A stretch of DNA of 64,000 bases from Eledone cirrhosa (GCA_964016885.1 OZ024740.1:77562001-77626000), one strand, 5' to 3'. Shown: positions 24,525-38,110, counted from the first letter of the stretch. Notes: generated by a model not told the origin, from the sequence alone. Numbers and translations are program-made.

Positions 24525-25098
24525 AGATATAATGCTGTTTTAGTGTATTTGATAAGCTAGTAGGGTTTTTTGTGTTTGTAGGTGTTTGGTCGCATTTTTT
24601 TCAGTTATATTGCGTTGATATAGTGTGTTGTAATAGTGTATGTATATGTTTGTGTTTTTCAGGTGTAGTATTTTTCAGAAAATAATTTGCATGTTATAAT
24701 TTCATTAATTTTATTCCTTAATTAAATAATCTTAATGCAATTTGGTCTTCTTAACTTCCAGCTACAAGTGCCAAGGTATAAATTAGAATAGGGTATGTGT
24801 TAATGTATGGTTAGCACAGATATGTTAATATATGTATGAGTTTGTGCACACGTCTCTGCTGTGTTTCAATACAAGAAATATTCTCATAAAATGCAATGTG
24901 TTAAATATATCTGTATATATTTATACATGTGTGCATATGCATGCATATGCATGAGCGTGTGTGTGTATGTGCGTGTGCCTGTGCGTATTCGTGTGTGTGT
25001 AAGGAAAAGTGGATGCAAGTATAGCCGACTAGATAAGAAATTCACTTTGTCAACATGAATTGGTGAGTTGATGTCACTGCATCTTCCGAAGACTTGTG

Positions 25099-25292
25099 CA
25101 AAACTGCCAACCTCTAAAACCCAAACGGGGAGTACCATGAAAAAAATTGCCCCCAAACGGGGAGAAATGTGGCAAAATGGGGGAGATTTTACATAATGAA
25201 AGCTATACCCATTTTCACAAGAGAAGACATCTCCCACCTACCCCAAAGTGGGTGGGAGATCTCCCTGCCGGACGGGGAGAGATGACAGGTCT
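25099..25292. mobile_element. Possible hAT-type MITE
   Basis: Ends CAAAACTGCCAACCTCT and AGAGATGACAGGTCTG form an imperfect TIR. CTTGTG is present on both flanks. Internal CGGGGAG repeats. Confidence 0.4.
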
Positions 25293-25563
25293 GCTTGTGA
25301 GTAAAGTTACATAAACGGAAACAGTATGGAAGATTATCTGATAGATTGTACTTGTAATTCAAATGGTCAACTTTGTCCCGTATTGTGTTATATAACGTGC
25401 ACATCTATTTGTGGAATGCTTAGCTACTTACACGTTAATTTAACAAATCGATAATTCAGTTGATGGAACAGCTGCATGCAAATTAAACGGGGGATTCCTC
25501 ATTCATTGTACGTGGTAAATAAATTACGTATCTTTCAGTGTGTATACATTCATTATATTCATA

Positions 25564-25647
<84 letters not shown>

Positions 25648-25946
25648 AAAAGCAACAGAAGGCCGGACTGGAAATTTACTTTCGAATTTTAATTCCGTGA
25701 AAACACTATATATATTTCGATGGCCCAGCTTTATCATTCGATCATAATGCAAGATTTAGGTGATTTCATCAGATGTTAATTGAATAATTAGTTCCATAAG
25801 ACAACAGGATTACGGCAAACACAAACAGAGAAGAGAAACAGAAAATAGAGAACCGATTCGATTCGGAAATGTCCAGTCAATTCAGTGTTATAGCAACGGC
25901 AAACCATCCCCGAAAGGTAAACAACCTAAACTAAATGGTGTGTGCG

Positions 25947-25985
<39 letters not shown>

Positions 25986-26151
25986 AAAAAAAGATGAAAT
26001 CGAAAATCCAACTGGAGTCTTATTTTTTTTTTAAATATATATATTTATTTGGTTCTTTACCGGTTTCGCAGTTCTTCTGCTTTTCAAAAGTAGAGTTGAG
26101 ATGGAGGGTCTGTGGTTTTTCTCACATCTTATATATATATATATATATATA

Positions 26152-27612
26152 AGTTATTCCGGATTGAATCGGAGGTAATCACCCTCCCACAACTAACAAT
26201 ACTAACATCCTCACCCCTCCCCCTATCACACACATACCCAATTGTACATATATACACGCACTCACACTATCCACGCACCCTACTACCACCACTAACCCTC
26301 ACCCACACATCCACTCCAACCACCCCACAACTAATACCACTAACATCCCCCGACCCCACGCACACGAACACACACCTTCACACACCTACATTCACTACCC
26401 ACTCCACACACCCAACCACCACTAACCCCCACTAACACACCCGCATTCAACCCTTTCCCCACCACCAGTATACTAACACCCACTAACACCCCCTTTACCA
26501 CACACACACTCATCCAAACACGCACACACACACCAGTACACTACACTCCCTCCCCCGTCCCCACACCTTTTCTCTCCCTCTCCTCTCCCCGCTCCACCTA
26601 CACCCCTTCACACACACACACATCACACTAACACCTCTACTAATACACACCCCATCCCCCACATGCCCCCCTCCCACTCCACCTTTCACACCTACCCATC
26701 CTTCCCCCTCTCCACCGCACCTCCGCACACACAGACGCACAGTCCTCACCACACACTGATTTTCTCCACCTGTCATTCTCCTCTACTGCTATCCCTTCAA
26801 CCTGCCTTGACCCTCTGACCACTTCCTGTTGCGCGCGCACCCCACATCTCCTCACTTCCGACCACCACAACCAACGGATTACACACCACCGGTCATCGTT
26901 CCAGCTATCCACTCCATAACATGAAAAATATCCAGCAACTCATCGCACACTCTACGGAACTACCTTAGGAACTTACCCACGGACATACACTCACAATTCT
27001 TTTTTCGAACCACGCCACTTACATCCACACCACGTATAAACACCAACACACACGTGCGTACCCCCATATATACACACTCAGCCTCCGGAATCCTCCCCCC
27101 CCCCTCTGACCCCTCTCCATCCACACGCACGCACGCACCGACCTACACCGCACCCCACACACACACCTTTTCCTGAACATGGAACCTCATTCTTCCCCCA
27201 ACTCTCACATTCACATACACACACACGCACACACACGTATACCTACACACACACACACCACCTTCAGCCCTCCCCTATCGGACCCCCCACCTCCCTCTCC
27301 CTACTCCACCCGCCACCACCCCTACATGCCCCACACCCTTCCACCACTTGTTTAACTTTATGTTTATTTTTATTTTTATTTGTACACCTTCCACCGTTTT
27401 ATCCTCCCTTTTCTCTACCACCACCCCCCTTTTTTTCTAAATGTCTCTCCACCACTCCCCCACACACCCTCGGAACTCTCTTCCCACCCACTTTTCTCCT
27501 GAAGAAGGGCTTATGCCCGAAACGCCCGCCCCTACTCACTCTCAAGAGCGTGAAACTAATAAACCTTTGTTTGTACTGCCTCATTGTTTTTGTTCCCGTC
27601 CCAGTTTTCACT
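26152..27612 (+). mobile_element. C/A-rich degraded element between (TA)n tracts ending in a pLTR-like hammerhead; probable old PLE 3' end
   Basis: CTGAAGA-aGGGC ttat GCCC-GAAACGC..GCGT at 27499-27551, cleavage site and stem I degraded. AATAAA and a tail lead into (TA)n. A weak QRITHHRSSF motif lies near 26872. Confidence 0.5.
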
Positions 27613-27636
27613 ATATATATATATATATATTAACAC

Positions 27637-27707
<71 letters not shown>

Positions 27708-27716
27708 CGTGTGTGA

Positions 27717-27789
<73 letters not shown>

Positions 27790-27810
27790 CATATATATAT
27801 ATAAATATAT

Positions 27811-28047
27811 AGTAATAATAATAAATTTGAAGACTAAAATCCAAAGAGGGCTCGATAAGGATAAATATATATCAAATATATAAGAACCGTAGAGCAAATA
27901 TTTATTAAAATAACAGATTAAAGTTTAAGCAAAGAATCGCTGCTTTCACCCTTAACGGGATCTTCTGAAACTCAGAGTTTCAGAAGATCCCGTTAAGGGT
28001 GAAAGCAGCGATTCTTTGCTTAAACTTTAATCTATTATTTTAATAAA
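27811..28047 (-). mobile_element. ORF-less palindromic pLTR cassette of the 17328 family (centre 27974, 1-nt loop)
   Basis: ..TCTTCTGAAACTC-A-GAGTTTCAGAAGA.. with ~73-bp arms. The left extension matches 17328-17405. Flanked by TA. Confidence 0.88.
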
Positions 28048-28419
28048 GATATATAAATATATAGAAAAGAATGAAACGAAATTTCATTTCTCACTCTTAG
28101 TACGGCTGATACTTAAATGTATGTATGTATACGTACATACATATATGTATATAGACGTACAGTAGTATGTATATATATATACATACATGCACACATATAC
28201 ATATGTACGTATGGCTTTACCGAACATTTATTATAATGTTCGGTTTGTTTGTAAACAAACAGCCTGAATTACGCCGTACAGTGTTCGGCAACCATCGTCG
28301 CCTTTTTGTTCAACACTGACACAGGAACGATGTACTAGTTTCACGCTTATTAGCTTTCGTCAGCATCGTATACCTTCCTGCCAGATGATTGAACGTTTGA
28401 AAGTATATACTTTCCTTAT

Positions 28420-28645
28420 GCATATTAACGGCTGTGCAGCCTAATTTGCACGCTGTCAGAATGTGTTATGGCTTCTTGAAGCTTAGGCTGAAAGATAAGT
28501 CTCTGTGGGTGGTGCAAGTTTATGCACCATACAAGGGGTCCGAATACAGATCCTTCCTTGATGAAGTCACTGCAACGCTAGATGTAGTTAAAATTGAATA
28601 ATATATCCTGATGAGAGATATCAATACACATGTTGGCACAGACCA
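28420..28645 (+). mobile_element. RTE-like apurinic endonuclease fragment
   Basis: LKLRLKDKSLWVVQVYAPYKGSEYRSFLDEV..LMRDINTHVGTD (VYAP and GDFNAHVG motifs, degraded). Confidence 0.7.
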
Positions 28646-28962
28646 TTTAAGCAATGGCAATTGCTCTTGTATTCTAGCGTTGAATATGTCGTCCTCGTCT
28701 TCTTCTTCTTCTTCTTCTTCTTATATTTCCATCAATTATAGTAATATTAGCCATCATATACACGGTGGTGTATTTAGCGCTACAATAACAACATCAAAAA
28801 CAGAAACATAGTTAGGCATATAGCCAAATAGATGTTGTTCTTATTGTTCTTGCCCGACAGTTTTGCTGGTTCTCAGCGTGTATTGTAAGGGGTTTTGTTG
28901 ATTGAAGCAAAGACGATGCATAGACTTCTGTTACCTACCAAAAACATGCGTATTATACTTTA

Positions 28963-29031
<69 letters not shown>

Positions 29032-29034
<3 letters not shown>

Positions 29035-29270
29035 CTTGGCAAGCTACTTAGAACGCTGGTTTGTGACCGTTATTTCCCTCTGAAGAAGAGATATTATCTC
29101 GAAAATTAAGGACATTTAAATAAATCTAAGGTAAAAGACTAATTATCAACAATATCTTTTGCATTTACATTCTTTATTCTATGTCCATACCTGCATTGTT
29201 TTGGCTTTATTATACATATTCAAACGTTTATACCTCATTACACAATGCTTCGAGTGAACTATAACCTCCT

Positions 29271-29273
<3 letters not shown>
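29032..29273 (+). mobile_element. pLTR fragment between (TA)n tracts with minimal hammerhead (29076-29112)
   Basis: CCT-CTGAAGA-aGAGAT att ATCTC-GAAA-AT-T-A-AGG, followed by a TCGAGTGA motif at 29250. Confidence 0.7.
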
Positions 29274-29328
<55 letters not shown>

Positions 29329-29402
29329 TATATATATTATAAGAAGTTGGGACCCTCCCTGACGGCTGAGCTCTTGCCGTTTCAGCAGCTACTTCCAGAA
29401 TG

Positions 29403-29507
<105 letters not shown>

Positions 29508-29874
29508 CGCAACCTCAAGCGATTAGCGAACTCTAGACCCACATGATCAACGAAACAATTGTCAGTACTTTAAATAAAGCCCTTATTGTACAGCCAACCA
29601 TGTTAATCTTGATTCTTTAACTATTATTACTCTAAGTATCACCTGAATATATCAGGTGCACAAGTATAGCTCATTTTACAAAATGGTTTTTATCCATTTC
29701 AGGTAGACGCGCTCCATCATCCACTTTTCTAAAAATATAAATCATACTAAAAACGCGCCAACACCAACAGTTTTCCAAGAGATGTCAACATGAATGGACC
29801 TGTTATTTTCATCTAAAGACATTTTTCCAATTCCAACCGACCCGTTCCTTCAACCAATCTTATTTTTCATTCGT

Positions 29875-29910
29875 TCTTCTGATGAAGGACTAGCGTCCGA
29901 AACGTCAAGA
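29875..29910 (+). ncRNA. Minimal type I hammerhead in PLE remnant (~29507-29995)
   Basis: TCTT-CTGATGA-aGGAC tagc GTCC-GAAA-CG-T-C-AAGA. Stem III is the ACGT palindrome; GUC site. Confidence 0.88.
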
Positions 29911-29991
29911 TCCTCTTCCTGTTATATCAAGTGTTAACCTAATATATTCCTTTCATATACTGTACCGATTGTATTTTTATTTCTGTTTACC

Positions 29992-30083
<92 letters not shown>

Positions 30084-30131
30084 TAAGTAAAAGCGAAGTA
30101 GTTTCAGATGTTCAAGTCCTTTAATAATAAT

Positions 30132-30205
30132 GCTGTGATATATATTTCAATGACGACACTGGCCACACTGTTCTGTGTGCGAGTGTCGTGACATCATCAG
30201 ACAGC
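30132..30205 (-). ncRNA. Type I hammerhead with extended stem II in pLTR fragment (~30083-30360)
   Basis: GCTGT-CTGATGA-..ACGACACT..CACAC agaaca GTGTG..AGTGTCGT..-GAAA-TATATAT-C-ACAGC. Confidence 0.82.
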
Positions 30206-30358
30206 TTGTTACATAATAAGGTTATGTTTCCCAGGCAATCCAAGTTGAATCAACATGGGAACGGACGAAGTGTGTGCTTTTGGGTTCTTCATCCGTTCCC
30301 CTGTGAGTACCAATTCACCCCCACCGGTCTGCGCAGGCGCATGTCCGAAGGAAGTTGA

Positions 30359-30410
<52 letters not shown>

Positions 30411-30414
<4 letters not shown>

Positions 30415-31040
30415 CATCTCTTCTAACTTCTCGCTTCTTTCCCAACACACGCATCACCATCGTTAAGCGTGCCCGTAAACTCCGCGACCTATTAGTGTAA
30501 AGTTGTTTCCCTTCCTCCCCTAAGACTCCATATGTTCCATATGGCTCACGTCTCTGTTCTCGCACCCGCTATAATACGTGTCCCTTCATTTCTAACCTCA
30601 GCCCCTCTAATAGGCACTAACGGTAGTTTCCGTATCCACCACTCCTTCACATGCACCTCCACCAATGTTTTGTATGCCTTTCGGTGTTCCCTTTGCGGGC
30701 CCTTATACATCGGACACACTGGTCGCAGAACACTTGAGGGTCGCAAGGCTTAGCAGGGATACGCCCGTCACCCGTCACTTCCGTCCTCCAGGCCACTCCC
30801 CTCTATGTGTCTCAGTCCTGGGTGTTCTATTGCATCACGGATCGCCGGCCTTACGCATCATGACTGATCAGAACTTGGTTCCAATTTTTATAATGGACTC
30901 ACCCCCCCCCCCCCCGCCACAATTCCATTAATCTATATTTACCCTTGCACATGCGCTCGTGCGTACTTCTACTTCCCTAACCACTGACATCCCCACCTCG
31001 TCTGCTGTCACACGCGTGCGCACATTCACCCCTTTGGTTT
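30411..31040 (+). mobile_element. Decayed Neptune-like PLE GIY-YIG region
   Basis: GSRLCSRTRYNTCPFI..FRIHHSFTCTSTNVLYAFRCSLCGPLYIGHTGRR / AEHLR..PVTRHF..GH. Starts at (TA)n. Confidence 0.85.
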
Positions 31041-31320
31041 CCTAAGCAAAAACATACATGCACACACACACATACGCAGAAACACACACACACTCACCCA
31101 GAAACACACACACAATCACACACGCACACGCAGAAATATACACACACATGCACACACACACTCGCACGTACGTACACAAGCACCCACACACATACGCATA
31201 CACACACACATATAGAAACAAATACACACAAACACACACCAGATTACGTTGACAGACTGCTGAGATGAAATACATTACGGATTGAACTCGTATGTCAAGC
31301 AGTCGATAATTAAATTAATT

Positions 31321-31516
31321 GTTTCTACTTTTGGCACAAGGCCGGCAATTATCCCAGTGCATTACTGGTACTTTGGTACTTTATTTTATCGACCCCGTAA
31401 GGATGAAAGGCAAAGTTAACTTCGGCGGGATTTGAACTCAGATCATAAAGGGAGGTAACTCTATGCTTCAAAGCATGGCGCCCGACCCTCTACCGATACT
31501 GCCAATCCACCGCCCA
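31321..31516 (-). mobile_element. tRNA-derived SINE (main family, full length)
   Basis: Same A/B boxes and core as 24344. AGTCGATAATTAAATTAAT is duplicated on both flanks (~31301 and ~31516), TSD-like. Confidence 0.9.
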
Positions 31517-31734
31517 GTCGATAATTAAATTAATATTATATAATTACTGCTAAGAGCATTGGGTAATTAACTAAAAATAATTAGACATTGCAGAGTAGTT
31601 AAGGAGTTCGTTTCACAACTAAGTGGTTTCATATTCAATCCCACTGCATGGTATCTTGAGCAAATGTTTTCTACTAATGCCTTGTCAATAAAACTTGGTA
31701 AACGAATATAACAGAAGCTAGTCATATATATATT

Positions 31735-32121
31735 TATATGTGTATGAGAGTGTGTGAGATTTTGTATGTGGGAGTATGTGTGAGTGCATGTGTGATTGTG
31801 TGTATGTGAGTGTGTGTGGGTGCATGTGTGAGTGTGTGTGTATGCGTGTTTGTATGAGTGTGTGCGTGTGAGTGTGTGTGAATGTGTGTGCGTGGGTGCA
31901 TGTGTGAGTGTGTGTATGCGTTTTTGTATGAGTGTGTGTGTGTGAGTGTGTGTGCGTGAGTGTATGTGTGAGTGTGTGTGCGTGGGTGTATGTGTGAGTG
32001 TGTGTGTACATGCCCGTATGCGTGTGATTGTGTGTGTGTGAATGTGGGGGGGTGATTGTGTGTGTGTGTGTGTGTGTGAGTGTTTGTGTATGTACGTGTG
32101 TGTGTGTATGTGTGTGTGTGT

Positions 32122-32196
<75 letters not shown>
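31735..32196. repeat. Degenerate (TG)n array
   Basis: Direct reading. Confidence 0.9.
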
Positions 32197-32198
<2 letters not shown>

Positions 32199-32755
32199 TT
32201 GTCCATATTTGTGTTTACTTTGTCTGTGTTTGTGTTTATGTCCCTTAACAGCGGTTCGACAAAAAGACAGCTAAATTAAGCATCAGTGTTGGGGTAGATA
32301 TAATTATTATGGCAGTGTCCAAACATTCTCGTCATCAAATGACTGAAGCCAGTTAAAGAGTAAAAGAATAAGAGAACCTTTCCTTGGATTCTGTTCCGTG
32401 CTGTACTTAACATTGAGCCGCCCTTAGTCGGCTCAAGAAATATATTTGATTGTTTGTTTGTTTGTTTGTTTTCTGAGAGGTGGTTTCTATCTCTTCATTC
32501 AACCCTTCCCCATTTCTGGAAAATGAGATGTTGTGAGTGGTCTTCCATAGCGCAACATAGCAGTTTCTGAGAGAGAGAAAGAGAGAGAGGGAGAGAGAGA
32601 AATGTAGAGAATCAGAGAGTGATATATATGGAGAGAGAAATAAACTGAGTATTCTTATTTGACTTAACTCCAGTACTTGACTGGAATTTTATTTATCGAC
32701 ACCAGACGAATAAAGTTGACAATCAGCGAGTTTTAAACTTAGGCTGTAGAGTAAA

Positions 32756-33085
32756 GGCCCGTGACCCAGTGGTTAAAGTGTTGGATTCACAATCGTGAGA
32801 TTGTATGCTCGATTCCCGGACCGGTAGATGCGTTGAATCCTTGAGCAAGTTACGTTATTTCACGTTGCTTCTGTTTACTCAGCTGTAAAAATGAGTTGCG
32901 ACGTCACTGGTGCCAAGCTGTATCTGCCGTTGTCTTTCCCTTGGACAATATCAGTGGCGTGGAGAGGAAGACTGGTATGTATGGAAGACTACTTGTTTTC
33001 CATAAAAATACCTTGTCTCGGAGAAGAATTTTCTAGGTGCAAAACCCATTACAGACCCAAATGGAGTCATAACCCTTACCCTAGA
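32756..33085 (+). mobile_element. Second tRNA-derived SINE family
   Basis: GTGACCCAGTGGTTAAAG (A box), GCTCGATTCCCGG (B box), then TCCTTGAGCAAG..CACGTTGCT..ACTCAGCTG..AATGAGT core. Confidence 0.7.
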
Positions 33086-33207
33086 GTGTTGAGAACCAGT
33101 GAACTCTAAAGGCGACGAATTCGCCATCTATAGAAATAATTATGGAGAAAGAAAAATATAAGCACATTAAGCATTAACCAATATTTTTTTCTGCAAATAT
33201 GGGGGAT

Positions 33208-33250
33208 AAATGCAGGCATGTTTCAGTCTAATATAACTTCCTCAGCATTT
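33208..33250 (-). ncRNA. Degraded hammerhead
   Basis: AAATG-CTGAGGA-AGTT atatta GACT-GAAACATGcc..CATTT. Cleavage triplet damaged. Confidence 0.4.
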
Positions 33251-33612
33251 GCCGAAGTGGTGACGAGAGAACCACTAAATAGACGCAGACGTATGAAATA
33301 GTAGACACTTTGTTGTAGAGAGAAAACCAAATGAAGAATAATAAGGTGCCATACAGAGAAGCACAATAGTTAAATGATTGTTAACATATTTAATGCAGAG
33401 AAGATTAAAAGACTTGTCAGCTATATAACACTAGAACAATATCAGCTAGACAGACCCATCCATAACTACACATTGCACATGTCAAATTGTTCAGACAATC
33501 TTACAGCCTGTCTGTGGAGGAATTCCATAACTTTCGCGAATATGACATTAGAATTTTGAATTGTATTTAAGTAATAAATCAATACACACACACACACATA
33601 TATATATATACA

Positions 33613-33795
<183 letters not shown>

Positions 33796-34929
33796 AAGCA
33801 AATTAACAAAAGAAGAGGAAGGAAAACACGTGCGTCACAGGTGATATTTTAATTTTGGCAATGAAATAAAATGTCCATGGTCATCAAGTGTCGACATATA
33901 CCTACACAGTTTCGACCTCTATCGATGGTACTATCACGGCAGTCAAACATTGTCCTTGGGGTATTAAGATGGAAAACAAAATAAAAAAACTTACATGCGT
34001 AGAAATAGATGTACAACATTTAAATCATACAATACATGACAAAAAGGGCCTGAAAGACATGGAGACGAAGGAACGCACAAAGAAACACACAGAGAACGAG
34101 ACGCTCAAAGATGAATAGGTGTGTGCGGTACACCAAGACGAAATTAGAACTTTCGAACACGAACCAGATGCGAGACAAACCACAACAGAAACACAAGCCC
34201 ACCATCTGAATTTTACTTTTGAAAATCATAAGAACTGTGAAACCGATAAAATAAATGAATAACATTTTTTAAAAGGCCCCAGTTATTCATACAAATGTTA
34301 AAAGACATTACAGTTCTCAGTTGGTTATATTAAGCGTCTTCCTGAGATAATATTTCAATGTTTACTTTCAATTTGTATATATTGTAAATATCGTGAATAA
34401 TTTTTCAAATCTTTGTAATGTACAGAGCATATTTTAAAATGTTTCTTTTAAATCACGATTAGAAAATAAAAGGAGAATATCTATATATACTTTCTAGGAT
34501 TTATGTATCTTGAAAAAATCTTTTTATTACAACAATAACTCCTTCGTAGTTTGTGAATCTAAAATATGAATAATATTATAAACATAAATACATCCTCCGA
34601 TATGTACGATATAATAATATCTGTACATACTTTCTGCGATGTATAAACCTTAATAAATTATTTTATTACAATAATTTCTGGCTGTATTGAAACGTTCGTA
34701 GACAATAATTTTAATCCTTGGTCTTACAGAAGTTTGAATTATAAATGCTCTGATATTATAACTATTCGCTCCTTAGTAACAAAGGGTAAAAGAGGCATTG
34801 AGCTTAACTTATCTTACCAATGGAAATAGTGAACTAACATACTATAACCTCATATATTAATGTATATATATTTAACGCCAACTCTAATCCACTACTCAAT
34901 AGCTGCCCTTAAAAATGTGCCACCACCAC

Positions 34930-35340
34930 CTTAACAACAACCAACCCAACCTCTATGAAACTTATAAATACTAAATAAGATAGATTGAGGGGACAGGGGG
35001 GGGGGGGGGGCTGGAATTGGAAAAAATGTCTTTAGATAAAAATAACAGGTCCATCCATGGTGACATCTCTTGCAAAACTGTTGGTGCTGGCGTTTTGTGC
35101 ATGATTTATTTTTTAAACAACGTAACTCCATTGATCGAGAGGAGACTGACCTGTATTTCGTCAGTCTCTCTGTCGGTTTCGCCCATCTTCATTGCTTTCC
35201 TGCTAAGATATCGCACTAAATTTGCCCTGTAACAAATTCTCTTCGCACCTTTTATCATTGCGCAATTCTGCAAGAAAGAAGGTGGAATAGTTGCGATGGA
35301 TTCTATGCTTTTAGAATTGTACCGATCTGAATTACCATTA
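34930..35340 (-). mobile_element. Decayed PLE-like remnant, homologous to ~29740-29840
   Basis: 35015-35100 is the reverse complement of CAGTTTTCCAAGAGATGTCAACATGAATGGACCTGTTATTTTCATCTAAAGACATTTTTCCAATTCC. AMIKGAKRIC resembles a PLE thumb motif. Confidence 0.5.
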
Positions 35341-35366
35341 CATGTATATATATATATATATATATA

Positions 35367-36003
35367 AATGAAAATCGGCCGAGAAACATGAATGTCCATC
35401 ATCAGTAGTCTGCTGATTATCATTGGTATTTCTTCGCATTAAAGACTAGATACCTAAAATCAGAGCGAGCGATAACGAAATTAAATTATCGGGACAGAGG
35501 AAAGTAAAGAAACAACATGGTAGTAACGCAACGTAAAGAGAGGAAAAGAGAGACAAGTCAATGAATCTTGTGGGCTTAAGTCCGAACACATCAAATGACG
35601 AGAAGAGGCAGACACATCTGAGCCACGCGAAAAGTGAGAGAGAAAAGAATTTCACACAGGTCAGACGGGAGGAAGTGAGAGAGGGGGAGTAGCAGAGAGT
35701 GAGTGAGTGAAAGTGTGAGGAAGAGGCCAGCCGAGAGTGTGTGACCAGCAACGGGGGTGAAAGAAAGCAAGAGGTAAAGGAGAGAGAAGGGGGAGAGAGA
35801 AAGAGGATAACAGTAAGGCGACAGAAAAAATACGATCCACAGCGAGGGGAAAAAATATATGTGAATAAAAAATGGCGTGCTGCGTTGTTGCGAATGTGAA
35901 CATATGAATGAAAATAGACCGAGAAACATGATGTCCATCATCAGTAGTCTGCTGATTATCATTGGTATTTCTTTGCATTAAAGACTAGATACCTAAAATC
36001 AGT
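35367..36003 (-). mobile_element. Non-coding element with ~95-bp direct terminal repeats in (TA)n, related to 9466-10630
   Basis: AATGAAAAT..CCGAGAAACATG..TCCATCATCAGTAGTCTGC..ACCTAAAATCAG at 35367 and 35907. Shares a GA-rich block with 9810-9870. Confidence 0.65.
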
Positions 36004-36073
36004 ATATATAAATATATATATATATATATTAATTCAAAATATTAACAAAATAGATATTCTTGTGATCAATTAT

Positions 36074-36138
36074 ATTTTATTATATATATTTCAGAGGTAC
36101 TGAGTTAAGTTCAACAGTACGTTCTCATCAGATAAAAT
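36074..36138 (-). ncRNA. Type I hammerhead in pLTR fragment (~36030-36460)
   Basis: ATTTTAT-CTGATGA-..GTACTG ttgaacttaact CAGTAC..-GAAA-TATATAT-A-ATAAAAT. Confidence 0.82.
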
Positions 36139-36704
36139 AAAATGATATATGACATACCCTGACTTAGTAGTTGGTTAAGATTCAGTCATGGTAGTGATTA
36201 ACGTATGACAAAACTCAATATTTATACCCTAATATTGAGAACATGAGATAACATAATACAAACAATAGAGAGGGTGCGTGTAATAGAGTTTAAGAAATAC
36301 ATGGCATCAATATAACAGTTATAAATTTTTTTTTATTTTTTAAAACTACTTGAGAAAGAGGAGGGAAAGGAAAGCATAGAGGAAGAAACAGCTGATGTGA
36401 TAATATATTTAGTAGGTGGCTTGAAAAAACAGATGAAAGATGATTAAAGAGAGAGAGAGACATATATATATAAATGTAATCTGAGTTTTTCGAATATTAA
36501 TAATAATATTCGATTCGCTTGCAATTATGCAAACAGGCCTCATTTTTAAAGCCATGTCAGTAGAATGAGCCCCTCATTCTTGCTCTTGTGTTGGCATGTA
36601 AACAGAACTGCAGGCACTAATGTTTCTAGGTATTACCCTTCATCAGTACAGTTCACTGTCAGAGCTAGTGAAAATATATATTTTCTAAAATATACAGTGA
36701 CTCA

Positions 36705-36808
36705 TCGGCCTGATTTGCATATTAGCAGAATGGCTGATCAGTCAGATATGCATATTAGCAGATCTACTGATCAGCCAGATTTGCATATCAGCAGACTGAC
36801 CAGTCAGT
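36705..36808. repeat. 3 x 33-bp tandem repeat containing ATTTGCAT/ATATGCAT
   Basis: GATTTGCATATTAGCAGA / GATATGCATATTAGCAGA / GATTTGCATATCAGCAGA at 33-bp spacing. Confidence 0.85.
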
Positions 36809-37049
36809 TACCTGTATACGAGCGATCAATGGTCGGTTTTGTCATATTCAAATAAAAAATATATATATATATAATACCCTCTTTTCAAATGTGAAACGGA
36901 AACGGTTCAAAACTAAACGAACGATCGGCGCATTCTTTCTTAACTGGTCTACGTGTCTGAAATACGTATGCATAGTGTCGTTATAGTGCTTTGATCTAAA
37001 TAGCTTCAGATTTTCACGTAACTCATACACAACTTTATTTTTTTTTTTT

Positions 37050-37980
37050 AAACTACTCAGAAAACCAAACTAAGAAGTTAGGCAACACGTAGCTATATCT
37101 ACTCTACAAACTAAGCTTTCTTGCAATTCCAAACTGCACGAACTGATTAACGTGTGCGATCACAACCGATTCGCACTCGTAAAAAAGCGCCTTACACACG
37201 TGTTCCAGTGGATTATAAATAAACATTACCGCCGCTATGGTTACTACGACACCAACAACCACCGTTCTAACGGAAATTACAACCACGATAGAACTACTGC
37301 CACCACCAATGAAACTACAAACAAACTACGCGTAACAGTTTTATCTGGCTCCCTCACAACTAGCGAATTGGAACTGCTAAGTCGTGGACCAAAATTCTTC
37401 TTAAACCTCTTAGACCTCTTAATCCCCGCCTTCACACTTTCCCCCGGACATGTAGACAGCTCACTCGAAGTAATCAACAGACTAGAAGAACTTAACCCCA
37501 CCATACTTAGACAGAATAGATAGCCATTTAGTTTAGATTTAGTTCCCCCTATACACCTCTGCACTACCCCTCCGGCCTCGACTTAATTTCGGGCAACACC
37601 ATCTCCTCTACCGACCGCAATTGCTTCGGGTTCACTGCTGCTGATACCCACGAGCTGCTCTCTATCGTTATGCGCAACACCTTATACCACCTTATAGCTC
37701 CATCTACAAATATATTTCGAGACTCTCAGGCCTACTAGCTATCATGTATATGGACCAGTTTTAGCGACATCACTCACCACTTGCCACTCTTGCTCCTTCT
37801 TTCCCAGATACGTGGACGATATGCATATGCTCACTCCATCACGTGAAGAAGACGTCAAATTTAATGTCTTCGAAAATGTAGACGCTCATATGAATTTCGA
37901 GGTTGAGCACACAGACACACTGGATTCCTCTCTCTATTTGACTTTACACTAAGATTTCTACCGCATCGTACCGACTTTTT
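37050..37980 (+). mobile_element. Heavily deleted Penelope/Poseidon-type RT remnant
   Basis: LSGSLTTSELELLSRGPKF, FPRYVDDM, ENVDAHMNFEVE motifs in broken frames. Confidence 0.7.
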
Positions 37981-38037
37981 GAAGCTGAGTCATTTATTTC
38001 ACAATGCTTCGCATTAACTATACTACTTTATATATTT

Positions 38038-38110
38038 ATATATTTGATATATATTTATCCTTATCTTTATCTTATGAAGATTTTAGTCTTCAAATTTATT
38101 ATTATTACTA
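38038..38110 (+). mobile_element. Tail fragment of the 17328/27811 pLTR family
   Basis: GATTTTAGTCTTCAAATTTATTATTATTACTA(TA)n is the reverse complement of 17327-17358. Confidence 0.75.

Noticed and set aside
36705-36808. CRISPR-like array
   Set aside because: Contiguous tandem units without unique spacers, eukaryotic context and no cas genes.
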